A stretch of DNA of 64,000 bases, taken from positions 4,340,001-4,404,000 of the forward strand of contig NC_091995.1 of NCBI RefSeq assembly GCF_044704955.1, in the 5' to 3' direction. This stretch comes from Pristiophorus japonicus (lineage: Eukaryota). Below are positions 36,811 through 49,139 of the stretch, piece by piece (within the stretch, counting starts at the first letter, position 1; each line of letters opens with the position of its first letter). A program made the translations under genes and the position numbers. The notes below the pieces were generated by a model. The model searched no databases. It saw only the letters and a list, made by a program, of their open reading frames with translations, and was not told the DNA's origin.

Positions 36811-39163
36811 AGAATTCCTGCATTGAGTTTTTTTGTTCTTAATGAAAATGCATTCAACCAGCAATCACATGAGTTTAGAGTGGTCTCACCATCTTTATTA
36901 CTCCCATTAATCTAACAATTCATATAAAACAAATGAAAAGAAAAAAAACATATGCCAGACAACAACTCTGAAGCAGGAAGGCGAAGCGCTGGTTACTAGT
37001 CAATCACTAACTGCATTGCTATTCACTACAATATCACAGTGAATATTTAGAAGCACAGTCCCAATGGATGAATTTTCTCTGTTTAAATTGCAGAACTGAC
37101 TAGCACTGGGCGGTTGTTTCTGTGTTCTACCAAGTGATCTGAGGCGGTAAAGCACTTCATAAGGTTGTAAAAGACACTATATAAATGGAAGTCACATTTT
37201 TTTATAGTCGTGGCCACTAACGTTATTAATTTGAGACAGTTGCTAGAATAAAATAGGATGATAATCTTGTCAGTAAATTATTGAGTTACATAAAACTTCA
37301 AAGAGGCTGCATTACCTCCTGTTCTCATCAGCTGCCTGATAAACACACTGTCACTCACACTGACTGTTCTGTGCTTAATAGATTGTCAGGCATGTGGTAG
37401 CAAGATCAATCATATCAAAGTGATTGCAAAACTATCAATGCCTCGATATTCTCACTGCGATAATGACAGAAACAAATTAGATTTGGAAACATAGAAAATA
37501 GGTGCAGGAGTAGGCCATTCAGCCCTTTGAGCTTGCACCACCATTCGATAAGATCATGGCTGATCATTCCCTCAGTACACCTTTCCTGCTTTCTCTCCAT
37601 ACCCCTTGATCCCCTTAGCCGTAAGGGCCATATCTAACTCCCTCTTGAATATTCCAATGAACTGGCATCAACAACTCTTTGCGGCAGGTCCACAGGTTAA
37701 CAACTCCCTGAGTGAAGAAGTTTCTCCTCATCTCAGTCCTAAATGGCCTATCCCTTATCCTAAGACTGTGTCCCCTGGTTCTGGACTTCCCCAACATCGG
37801 GAACAATCTACCCGCATCTAACCTGTCCCGTTCCGTCAGAATCTTGTATGTCTCTATGAGATCCCCTCTCATCCTTCAAAACTCCAATATATAAAGGCCC
37901 AGTTGATCCAGTCTCTCCTCACATGTCAGTCCAGCCATCTCAGGAATCAGTCTGGTGAACCTTCTCTGCACTCCCTCAAAAGTAAGAATGTCCTTCCTCA
38001 GATTAGGAGACCAAAGTTGAACACAATATTCCAGGTAAAGCCTCACCAAGGCTCTGTACAACTGCAGTAAGACCTCCCTGCTCCTATACTCAAATCCCCG
38101 AGCTATGAAGGCCAACATACCATTTGCCTTCTTCACCGCCTGCTGCACCTGTATGCTAACTTTCAATGACTGATGAACCATGACAGCCAGGTCTCGTTGT
38201 ACCTCCCTTTTTCCTAATCTGCCACCATACAGATAATATTCTGTCTTTGCGTTTTTGCCCCCAAAGTGGATAACCTCACATTTATCCACATTATACTGCA
38301 TCTGCCATGCATTTGCCCACTCACCTAACCTGTCTAAGTCACCCTGCAGCCTCTTAGCGTCCCCCTCACAGCTCACACCGCCACCCAGTTTAGTGTCATC
38401 TGCAAACTTGGAGATATTAAACTCAATTCCTTCATCCAAATCATTGATGTACATTGTAAGGAGCTGGGGTCTCAGCACTGAGCCCTGCGGCACTCCACTA
38501 GTCACTGCATGACATTCTGAAAAGGACCCGTTTATCCCAACTCTCTGCTTCCTGTCTGCCAACCAGTTCTCTATCCACGTCAGTACATTACCCCCAATAC
38601 CATGTGCTTTGATTTTGCACACCAATCTCTTGTGTGGGACCATGTCAAAAGCCTTTTAAAAGTCCAAATACACCACATCCACTGGTTCTCCCTTGTCCAC
38701 TCTACTAGTTACATCCGCAAAAAAATTCCAGAAGATTTGTCAAGCATGATTTCCCCTTCATAAATCCATGCTGACTTGGACCGATCCTGCCACTGCTTTC
38801 CAAATGCGCTGCTATTTCATTCTTAATAATTGATTCCAACATTTTCCCCACCACTGATGTCAGGCTAACCGGTCTATAATTAACCACTTTCTCTGTCCCT
38901 CCCGTTTTAAAAAGTGGTGTTACATTAGCTACCCTCCACTCGATAGGAACTGAGCCAGAGTCAATGGAATGTTGGAAAATGACTGTCAATGCATCCGCTA
39001 TTTCCAAGGCCACCTCCTTAAGTACTCTGGGATGCAGTCCATCAGGCCCTGGGGATTTATTGGCCTTCAATTCCATCAATTTCCCGAACACAATTTCCTG
39101 CCTAATACGAATATCCTTCAGTTCCTCCTCACTAAACCCTCGGTCCCATAATACTTTCAGAGG

Positions 39164-40992
39164 GAAAGTAAAGTAAAGAGAAAAAGGTTAGTAAAGACAA
39201 ACGTAGGTCCCCTGCAGTCAGAATCAGGGGAAGTCATGACGGGGAACAAAGAAATGGCAGACCAATTGAACAAGTACTTTGGTTCGGAGGACACAAACAA
39301 CCTTCCGGATATAAAACGGATCAGAGGGTCTAGTAAGGAGGAGGAACTGAGGGAAATCCTTATTAGTCGGGAAATTGTGTTGGGGAAATTGATGGGATTG
39401 AAGGCCAATAAATCCCCAGGGCCTGATGGACTGCATCCCAGAGTACTTAAGGAGGTGGCCTTGGAAATAGCGGATGCATTGACAGTCATTTTCCAACATT
39501 CCATTGACTCTGGATCAGTTCCTATCGAGTGGAGGGTAGCCAATGTAACCCCACTTTTTAAAAAAGGAGGGAGAGAGAAAACAGAGAATTATAGACCGGT
39601 CAGCCTGACCTCAGTCGTGGGTAAAATGATGAAATCAATTATTAAGGATGTCATAGCAGCACATTTGGAAAGAGGTGACATGATAGGTTCAAGTCAGCAT
39701 GGATTTGTGAAAGGGAAATCATGCTTGACAAATCTTCTGGAATTTTTTGAGGATGTTTCCAGTGGACAAGGGAGAACCAGTTGATGTGGTATATTTGGAC
39801 TTTCAGAAGGCTTTCGACAAGGTCCCACACAAGAGATTAATGTGCAAAGTTAAAGCACATGGGATTGGGGGTAGTGTGCTGACATGGATTAAGAACACGT
39901 TGTTACACAGAAAGCAAAGAGTAGGTGTAAATGGGTACTTTTCAGAATGGCAGGCGGTGACTAGCGGGGTACCGCAAGGTTCTGTGCTGGGGCCCCAGCT
40001 GTTTACACTGTACATTAATGATTTAGACGAGGGGATTAAATGTAGTATCTCCAAATATGCGGATGACACTAAGTTGGGTGGCAGTGTGAGCTGCAAGGAG
40101 GTTGCTATGAGGCTGCAGAGTGACTTGGATAGGTTAGGTGAGTGGGCAAATGCATGGCAGATGAAGTATAATGTGGATAAATGTGAGGTTTTCCACTTTG
40201 GTGGTAAAAACAGAGAGACAGACTATTATCTGAATGGTGACAGATTAGGAAAAGGGGAGGTGCAACGAGACCTGGGTGTCATGGTACATCAGTCATTGAA
40301 GGTTGGCATGCAGGTACAGCAGACGGTTAAGAAAGCAAATGGCATGTTGGTCTTCATAGCGAGGGGATTTGAGTACAGGGGGAGGGAGGTGTTGCTACAG
40401 TTGTACAGGGCCTTTGTGAGGCCACACTTGGAGTATTGTGTACAGTTATGGTCTCCTAATTTGAGGAAGGACATTCTTGCTATTGAGGGAGTGCAGCGAA
40501 GGTTCACCAGACTGATTCCCGGGATGGCGGGACTGACCTATCAAGAAAGACTGGATCAACTGGGCTTGTATTCATTGGAGTTCAGAAGAATGAGAGGGGA
40601 CCTCATAGAAACGTGTAAAATTCTGATGGATTCAGACAGGTTAGATGCAGGAAGAATGTTCCCAATGTTGGGGAAGTCCAGAACCAGGGGTCACAGTCTA
40701 ATGATAAGGGGTAAGCCATTTAGGACCGAGATGAGGAGAAACTTCTTCACCCCGAGAGTGGTGAACCTGTGGAATTCTCTACCACAGAAAGTTGTTGAGG
40801 CCAATTCACTAAATATATTCAAAAAGGAGTTAGATGAGGTCCTTACTACTAGGGGGATCAAGGGGTATGGCGAGAAAGCAGGAATGGGGTACTGAAGTTG
40901 CATCTTCAGGCATGAACTCATTGAATGGCGGTGCAGGCTAGAAGGGCTGAATGGCCTACTCCTGCACCTATTTTCTATGTTTTTATGTTTCT
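39164..40992 (+). mobile_element. 5'-truncated young CR1 LINE (RT plus 3' tail)
   Basis: ORFs 39236-39784 and 39747-40895 with YADDTKLG; tail CCTATTTTCTATGTTTTTATGTTTCT. Confidence 0.95.
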
Positions 40993-42299
40993 ATTTGTGT
41001 CTTGCTTCATGAATTGGTCTGCCATTTCTTTGTTCCCCATTATAAATTCACCTGAATCCGACTGCAAGGGAGCTATGTTGTCTTCACTAATCTTTTCTCT
41101 TCACATATCGATAGAAGGTTTTGCAGTCAGTTTTTTTGTTCCTGGCAAGCTTCTTCTCATACTCTATTTTCCCCCTCTTAATTAAACCCATTGTCCTCCT
41201 CTGCTGAATTCTAAATTTCTCCCAGTCCTCAGGTTTGCTGCTTTTTCTGGCCAATTTATATGCCTCTTCCTTGGATTTAACACTATCCCTAATTTCCCTT
41301 GTTATCCACGGTTGAGCCACCTTCCCCGTTTTATTTTTACTCCAGACAGGGATGTACAATTGCTGAAGTTCGTCCATGTGATTTTTAAATGTTTGTCCTT
41401 GCCTATCCACCGTCAACCCTTTAAGTATCATTTGCCAGTCTATTCTAGCCAATTCATGCCTCAAACCATCGAAGTAACCTTTCCTTAAGTTCAGGACCCA
41501 AGTTTCTGAATTAACTGTGTCACTCTCCATCCTAATAAAGAATTCTACCATGTTATGGTCACTCTTCTCCAAGGGGTCTCGCACAACAAGATTGCTAATT
41601 AGTCCTTTCTCATTACACATCATCCAGTCTAGGATGGCCAGCTCCCTGGTTGGTTCCTCGACATATTGGTCTCGAAAACCACTCCAGGAAATCCTCCTCC
41701 ACCGCATTGTTACCAGTTTGGTTCGCCCAATCAAAATGTAGATTAAAGTCACCCATGATAACTGCTGTACCTTTATTGCATGCATCCCTTATTTCTGTTT
41801 GATGCTGTCCCCAACCTTACTACTACTGTTTGGTGGTCTGTACACAACTCTCACTAGCGTTTTCTGCCCCTTGGTATTCCGCAGTTCAACCTATACCGAT
41901 TCCACATCATCCTTTCTTACTATTGCATTAATTTCCTCTTTAACCAGCAATGCCACCCAGTCTCCTTTTCCTTTCTGTCTATCCTTCCTAAATGTTGAAT
42001 ACCCCTGGATGTTGAGTTCCCAGCCTTGGTCACCCTGGAGCCATGGCTCCGTGATGCCAATTATACCATACCCGTTAACTGCTATCTGCGCAGTTAATTC
42101 ATCCACCTTATTCCGAATACTCCTCGCATTGAGGCACAGAGCCTTCAGGCTTGTCTTTCTAACACACTTTGCCCCTTTAGAATTTTTCTGTAATGTGGCC
42201 CTTTTTTCTTTTTGCCTTGGATTTCTCTGCCCTCTATTTTTACTTTTCTTCTTTCTATCTTTTGCTTCTGCCCCCATTCTACTTCCCTCTGTCTCCCTG

Positions 42300-42790
42300 T
42301 GTGAATGTAGGTGGAAGAATCATGAAAGCGTTAATAAAATGGTTCTACGAATCAATAAGAAAATAACAAAAGACAGAATTAGTTTCCCGTGAGAAAGTAG
42401 TGGACAAAGTAGCTTGTGTGACCATCACTGATAAACAAGGGTTTATGGCCATGACTTGATATGGTGCACATTTGCTTCGTGTGATTAAGCTGGGCTATTC
42501 CACTCATAAAAGCATAAAGTGTTCTAAAGATAAACAGGCTGTCAATTCATGAAGCCCTAGTAACACACTGTGATTGGTGAAGCAGGCCATACCTCCTTCG
42601 GTTTGTAAGAATAAAAGGGATGCGTCTGTGAGGATAGGCAGACCTTTTGTCTGCCTGCCCCGGAATCTGTAGACTCTGTGCTGGCAGTTTGGTAACAGGT
42701 CCGAAGCTGCTTCAATAAAGACGTAAAGATTGAAGGTATCTGACTCGATTATTGTCGAATGCAGCTGACCACCCGAACTAGGACTTAACA
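42300..42790 (+). mobile_element. Solo LTR (491 bp) inserted in CR1
   Basis: TG...CA termini; 4-bp TSD CCTG/TCTG; CR1 continues on both sides; ATTGG, TATA-like motif and AATAAA (42714) occur in LTR order. Confidence 0.75.
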
Positions 42791-45089
42791 TCTGCAAAAG
42801 TTCCCACCCCCCTGCCATGTTAGTTTAACTCCTCCCCAACAGCACTAGCAAACACTCCCCCTAGGACATTGGTTCCGGTCCTGCCCAGGTGCAGACCATT
42901 CTGTTTGTACTTGTCCTACCTCCCCTAGAACCGGTTCCAATGTCCCAGGAATTTGAATCCCTCCCTGCTGCACCACTCCTCAAGCCACATATTCATCTGA
43001 GCTATCCTGCGATTCTTACTCTGACTAGCACATGGCCCTCGTAGCAATCCTGAGATTACTTTTGAGGTCCCTCTGGAAAGTTATATTTCTGTGTCGTTAT
43101 GGACATTGACAGGAAGTTAGTCCCACTGACACTTGGAAACATACATTGGAACTAAAATAAGTTTCCAAGATCATTACAGATGAGGGAGGCCATTCTGCCC
43201 ATCTTGAGGCATCAGAGAGATCTTCACATCATCCCATTGTACCAAAGACTTGTTTATTAAATTATTCCAGGGTTTGTGTCTCCATCACTCTATCTGGAAC
43301 TTCACTCCACATTGTGATGACTCTGGGGTGGGGGTGGGGAGAGATTTTGAAGCCTACCACTGCTGCAAACAAGGTGGCAGTGCCATAAAAATGTTCTGAC
43401 CACTGGTGGTCACTGTGACCCTGACCTCTACAAGGAGCCCTGCGGCCCCCGGTCTCCTGCAGTTCTCAAGCAGAATGATGTGTGCAAAGTATTGCAGGTC
43501 TCTGGAGGCAGTGGTTCATCCAAGGAAGCCTGTATTTGTTATATTGGGAGAGCTGAAATTTCAGCTGACTACTTGAGGCACTGTTTTAGAAAGTGGTTTT
43601 GTTGCAGGAATAAGTTTAATTCCACTCAGCGCCATTTTTAACCCCGATACATTGCAATAGCTTAAAAATCGTCTTTGATATGATTTGTTCATTGTACATA
43701 ACGTGAGTTATAAATCAGAACATAGGAACCTATGAGTTTTACCGGGGTTAATGGTGAATATCATTTCTCTCCACAGTGTGCACTGTAAAGGGCCGTTGAA
43801 TTTTTCCAAGGACACGGCAGCATCTGATAATATCAGTATAGTCCTCGCCAGTCCTGCAAATATCAAACAATGATTATAAATTGACCATAAACACTTTTCT
43901 CAGCTATTGTACCAAACTGTGCAGAGTTTTAGTAAAGAGCAAGTTCTACCTCATCTTCTGACAAGCTTCCTCCTGAAATATTAGAAAATACAAATCTGAG
44001 TTGCCAGAGACTGAGCGTCTATATCCGGACAGAAGAAATACACCCAGGTAATTACAAGCTGCTGATCATTCTGCATTCTCACTGCTGCCGACACACAGAT
44101 AGAAAGAGGTTATAATAAAAGCAAGATTGAAACACAGGAAAAAGTGCAACACAGATGTACACGGATGATACCAGAACTCAGTGGGTACAACCGTCAGCAA
44201 AGATTACAACAGGCTGGGGAACTTTCCTCTTGATCAGAGAAGACTGAGAAGTGTCCCGATGGAGGTTTTTAAAGTTATTGTGGGTTTCGATTGGGTAGAT
44301 GTAGAGAAGATGTTTCCACTTGTGGGAGAGTCGAAAACTCGGGGCCATAAATATAAATTAGTCGCTAATAAATCCAAAAGGGAATTCAGGAGAAATCACT
44401 TTACTCAGAGAGTGGTGAGAATGTGGAACTCACTACCACAGTGAGTAGTTAAGGCGAATAGCATCGATGTATTTAAGGGGAAGGTAGATAATTACATCAG
44501 GGAAAAAGGGACAGAAGGATATATTGATCGGGTGAGCTGTAGTAATGTGGGAGGAGGTTTGTGTGGAGCATAAACCTGTTGGACCGAATGGCCTGTCTCT
44601 GTGCTGTAAAATCTATGTAATTCTCTGTTGAATATATTTGAAAAACGGACAGTAGATATTAGAAACATAGAAAATAGGTGCAGGAGTAGGCCATTCGGCC
44701 CTTCGAGCCTGCACCGCCATTCAATGAGTTCATGGCTGAACATGCAACTTCAGTACCCCATTCCTGCTTTCTCGCCATACCCCTTGATTCCCCCTAGTAG
44801 CAAGGACTACATCTAACTCCTTTTTGAATATATTACACCCAAAGTATTTAAAGCAGCTAATAGAAAAAGGATATAGTTGAAAATGGGAGTTGTGTCAAAT
44901 ACTGGAAACCAACATCAGCCCCACTCACAGAAACAGTGCCTCTCATACCCACCGTGCCACACACATCACACACTCACAACATGGAACTGGAACTGGATTG
45001 CAATGGGACTTTCAGGAGAATATTAAAGTTGGGCACCACAGAAATAAATACAAGCCGAGTGTCAAGATCACGGCAACTCATTCCCCGGG

Positions 45090-45810
45090 TCATTCGTTGA
45101 TCGTGGGCCACCCAGACCTGCGAGAGGACAACACCGCAGGTCGGGAGGATAAAAGAGCAGTGCAGGCCTTGAAACATCATGGGCCATCCCGACTTGCGAG
45201 AGGACACCACCGCAGGTTGGGAGGATAAAAGAGCAGTGCAGGCCCTGAAACATCATGGGCCATCCCGACCTGCGAGAGGACACCACCGCAATTCGGGAGG
45301 ATAAAGAGCATACCACTGCAGCTTCCAGCGTGAACTGCTTCAAGACTGTGATGGCTTCAAGGTGGGTGACTGGATGACGTCATCAAAACCCAGGTCGCGG
45401 TTTGGAGCATGGGCAGCAACATCAGTGGGGTCCAGTACATCAGAGGAGCGGGAAGGTCGGGGCAGAGGTGCAGCGACTGAGGGTACGGGGCCCAGACGAG
45501 CCGAGGGCCCAGGGGCAGCACGGGCCAGCGCACACTGCGATATGTGAGTGCACTGGGTCCGTGCAGCAGAGCAGGTCTCCAGCCGTCCTGGTTAACCCTT
45601 GCCACTGGATAAAGGCCGAGCTCTGTCAAGCCCGTGTGGTGGCTGATGTGCGACGGTCACCACACGTTAAAACAATCCAGGCTCAGGCATCTTCCACCCT
45701 TCAATTGGAGTTCAGGACTGGAATATTAGGTCCTTCATTGAAACATCTGTGAACCCATGTGGAAGCAAGTTCTCCTGGTTCCAGGGGCCGCCGATGATGA
45801 TGATGAAGAC
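45090..45810 (+). mobile_element. Long copy (about 720 bp) of the RTE-tailed non-autonomous element
   Basis: TSD CATTCCC(C/G)GGG at 45079-45089 and 45811-45821; absent from the paralogous intron at about 32965; (GAT)n tail. Confidence 0.82.
45105..45310. repeat. 76-bp tandem repeat, about 2.7 copies, each with a stem-loop
   Basis: Units start at 45105, 45181 and 45257; consensus stem TCCCGACCTGCG / CGCAGGTCGGGA. Confidence 0.9.
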
Positions 45811-45995
45811 CATTCCCGGGGAGGTTGCGGGTATTCCCGGGATTCTGTAGATATTGTGGGAGGCCTAGTTCGGTGACAATCGCAGATCCGCCCCGGAATA
45901 GACAAAACAATCTGTGAGCCTCCTGTGAAGCGCCTGGGGACCTTTTACTGCGTTAAAGGCGCTATATAAACACAAGTTGTTCTTTTCTCCCTCCC

Positions 45996-46522
45996 CGCCA
46001 ATCACAGCACACACCCCGCGCCCGCTCACAGGGGCAAAGATTGACGGCCGTTAAACATTAAATATTTAAACCCAACCGGCAAGTTCCGAGCTCGAGCCTC
46101 TTTCAACCGAAATCATGGCCGGAAACCCCACCTCCCGGCGGCGCTGATTGGCTAATGGCGGCATGGTGAAGAGCTCTAGGGGAAGCGGATTGGTCATCAC
46201 GACTGTCGCTCAGAGCGAGCGAGGCGGGTTTCCGGGGCGGGGCTCTCCTGGGGGAAGCGGATTGGCCAGAGCGCCTGTCACTCAGAGCGAGGGAGGCTAG
46301 TTTCCGGGGTGGGCCCGGACCTCACTGGAAGTTGGATTCGGAGTTCGGGCAGTGTGTTTGGGCTGAGCGCCAGTGACGCAGCGCTGGGCCCTTGTCTCGG
46401 CGAGTTAGAGCCGGTGGGAGCGGCTCACGGCGGCCGCCGCCTGCTTTTATACTCCGGGGGGGATTTAATTTCACACTTTGTATTATTCTTGTTATTATTC
46501 ACTCGGGGGGAGCCGGGGCGTC
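45996..46522 (+). promoter_or_regulatory. CpG-island promoter / 5'UTR of the ATF6B-like exon
   Basis: CCAAT at 45998; ATTGG at 46147, 46189 and 46261; GC box GGGGCGGGG; TGACGCA; internal ~72-bp duplication (46179-46313). Confidence 0.7.
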
Positions 46523-46592
46523 ATGGCAACGGGTTTGGTGAGCGAGGTGGACAGTCGCTTCATCCCCGGGAACCTGCTGAGCGGTGGCTGCG
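46523..46592 (+). CDS. ATF6B-like first coding exon (diverged; no later ATF6B exons recognised in window)
   Basis: Strong Kozak GTCATGG; MATGLVSEVDSRFIPGNLLSGGC resembles the recalled ATF6B N-terminus (human MAELMLLSEIADPTRFFTDNLLSPEDW); donor G|GTAAGG in phase 1. Confidence 0.6.
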
Positions 46593-46659
46593 GTAAGGAC
46601 AGTATTTAAACAGTGTGCAAGTTCCAGGTTACCATAATCCAGGCCGCTGATTGGAGGTG

Positions 46660-47300
46660 GGCAGGTACAGCAGGAGCGACGAGAGATTGCAGAGAGATGT
46701 GATCGGGGCCCAGAGGCAGCACGGGCCCAGCCCACACTGCGATATGTGAGTGCACTGGGTCCGTGCAGCAGAGCAGGTCTTCAGCCGTCTTGGTTAACCC
46801 TTGCCACTGGGTAAAGGCCGTGTGGCGGCTGATGTGCGATGGTCACCACACGTTAAAAAAAATCCAGGCACAGGCATCTTCCACCCTTCAACATGCCTCC
46901 TTGATAAAGTGCAGCATTCCCACCGACACCTGGGAGTCCCTGGCCAACGACTGCCTTAAGTGGAGGAAGAGCATCCGAGAGGGCACTGAGTACCTCGAGT
47001 CTTGTTGCTGAGAGCATGCATAGTATAGTATTAGGCAGTCCCTCATATCGAGGATAACCTGCTTCCACACCAAAAATAGATGAGTTCACAGGTGTTTCAG
47101 TGAGGGACCCTACAATCTAGGTCCAGAACTGCATACTAAAGGATGGAAGATGCCTGTGAATGGATTCTTTTAATGTAGGGTTGTTGTTGCACACCAGCCA
47201 CCACATGGGCTTGACAGAGCTAGGTCTTGATCCAGTGGCAAGGGTTAACCAAGACGACTGGAGACCAAGCTCTGCTGCACGGACCTAGTGCGCACGGACG
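46660..47300. mobile_element. Two RTE-derived elements tail-to-tail (plus to about 47015; minus 47030-47300)
   Basis: The plus copy joins the SINE-like body to RTE ORF sequence ASLIKCSIPTDTWESLA...WRKSIREG; the minus copy carries the RTE tail. Confidence 0.75.
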
Positions 47301-47469
47301 CACCTACTATCCATAGATCGCCTTGTGGGTTGGTCTATGCTGCCACTGGGCCCTCCTCATCTGGGCAGAAACCAAGCGCAGGCAGGGGAAGGAGCGCGTT
47401 GCAAACCAGACTCACTCCCACCCTTTCCTTCAATGACTGTCTGTCCCACCTGTGACAGAAACTGTAATT

Positions 47470-49103
47470 GGCCTCACTAATACCCTGTATAACTGTAGCA
47501 AGACTTCCCTGCTTTTATATTCCATCCCCTTTGCAATAAAGGCCAAGGTTCCTTTGGCCTTCCTGATCACTTGCTGTACCTGCATACTACCTTTTCTGTT
47601 TAATGCACCAGGTCCTGGTGCGCTGTAGCACATTGCAATTTTTCTACATTTAAATAATAACCTGCTCTTCATTTTTTTTTCTGCCAAAGTGCATAACCTC
47701 GCACTTTCCAATATTACACTCCATTTGCCAAATTTTTGCCCACTAGCTTAGCCTGTTTATGTCCTTTTGCAGGTTTTTTGTGTCCTCCTCACACATTGCT
47801 TTTCCTTCTATCTTTGTATCATCAGCAAACCTGGCTGAGTTCATCCAAGTTGTTTAATATCTATTGTAAATAGTTGGGATCCCAGCACTAATCCATGCAG
47901 CACCCCACTAGTTACTGATTGCCAACCCGAGAATGAACCATTTATCCCGACTCTCTGTTTTCTGTTAGCTACCCAATCCTCTATCTGTGATAATATATTA
48001 CCCCCCCAACCCCGTGAACTTTTATTTTGTGCAATAACCTTTTATGTGGCACCTTGTCAAATGCCTTCTGGAAATCCAAATACACCACATCCACTGGTTC
48101 CCCATTATCCACTCTGTTTGTTACATCCTTAAAAAACTCCAGCAAATTTGTCAAACATGACTTCCTCTTCATAAATGCATGCTGACTCTGCCTGACTGAA
48201 TTATGCTTTTCCACATGTCCTGCTACTGCTTTAATAATGGACTCCAACATTTTCCCAACCACAGATGTTAAGCTAACTGGTCTGTAGTTTCCTGCTTTTT
48301 GTCTGCCTCCTTTTCCAATCTGCTGGGACCACCCCAGAATCCAGGGAATTTTGGTAAATTGCAACCAATGCATTCACTATCCCAGCCACTACTACTCTTA
48401 AGACCCTAGGATTCAAGCCATCTGGTCCAGGGGATTTATCTGCCTTTAGTCTCATTATCTTACTGAGTACCACCTTCTTAGTAATTGTGATTGTGTTAAG
48501 TTCCTCCCCCCTATAACCCCTTGACTATCCACTGTTGGGATATTGTTTGTGTCCTCTATTGTAAAGACTGATACAAAATGTTTGTTCAGAGTTTCTGCCA
48601 TCTCCATGTTTCTCATCAGTAATTCCCCAGTCTCGTCCTCTAAGGGACCAACGTTTACTGTAGCTACTCATTTCCTTTTTATATACATATAGAAACTCTT
48701 GCTATCTGTTTTTATATTTTGTGCTAGTTTACTTTCATAGTCTATCTTCCCTTTCTTAATCATTTTTTTAGTCATTCTTTGCTGGCCTTTAAAAGCTTCC
48801 CAATCTTCTGTCCTCTCACTCATTTTGGCCACTTTGTATGACCTTGTTTTTAATTGGATACCATCCTTTATTTAGCCACAGATGGCTATCTTTTCTCTTA
48901 CACCCTTTCCTCCTCGCTGGAATGCATTTTTGTTAGAGTTATGAAATATCTGGTTTGAGTTCCAACTTTCTTGCCCTCCATCTGAATTTGAAATTCAACC
49001 ATGTTCTGATCACTCATTCCAAGGGGATCCTTTACTAGCAGATTGTTTATTAATCCTGTCTCATTACACAGGACCAGATCTAAGATAACCTGCCCCCTGG
49101 TTT
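47470..49103 (-). mobile_element. CR1 LINE ORF2 fragment
   Basis: KSPGPDG, NYRPVSLTS and YLDFQKAFDKVPH motifs; same subfamily as 1988-5890. Confidence 0.92.
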
Positions 49104-49139
49104 CAGGGAGGATAAAGAAAAAAAGGGAGGCTTATCAGA

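Larger units (their letters stand above)
37486..43070 (-). mobile_element. CR1 LINE (end of ORF1 through 3' tail), interrupted by a plus-strand CR1 and a solo LTR
   Basis: Colinear pieces 37486-39163, 40991-42299 and 42791-43070; LNARSIRNK, GVPQGSVL and FADDTKLG motifs. Confidence 0.92.
43700..45912 (-). pseudogene. TRIM remnant 3: intron 3 plus 23-nt exon (43950-43972) and 111-nt exon (43743-43853)
   Basis: Colinear with about 31050-33070. The 116-nt exon equivalent has lost 5 nt (frameshift); RING, coiled-coil and B30.2 exons are absent. Confidence 0.85.

Noticed and set aside
39236-40895. Functional reverse transcriptase gene
   Set aside because: 5'-truncated, frameshifted CR1 copy without endonuclease or promoter.
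45105-45310. CRISPR-like palindromic repeats
   Set aside because: The intervening sequences are identical rather than unique spacers, there are no cas genes, and the context is vertebrate.
45996-46270. ERSE (CCAAT-N9-CCACG) in the ATF6B-like promoter
   Set aside because: No exact match; the best is CCAAT-N9-CCAGG on the minus strand.
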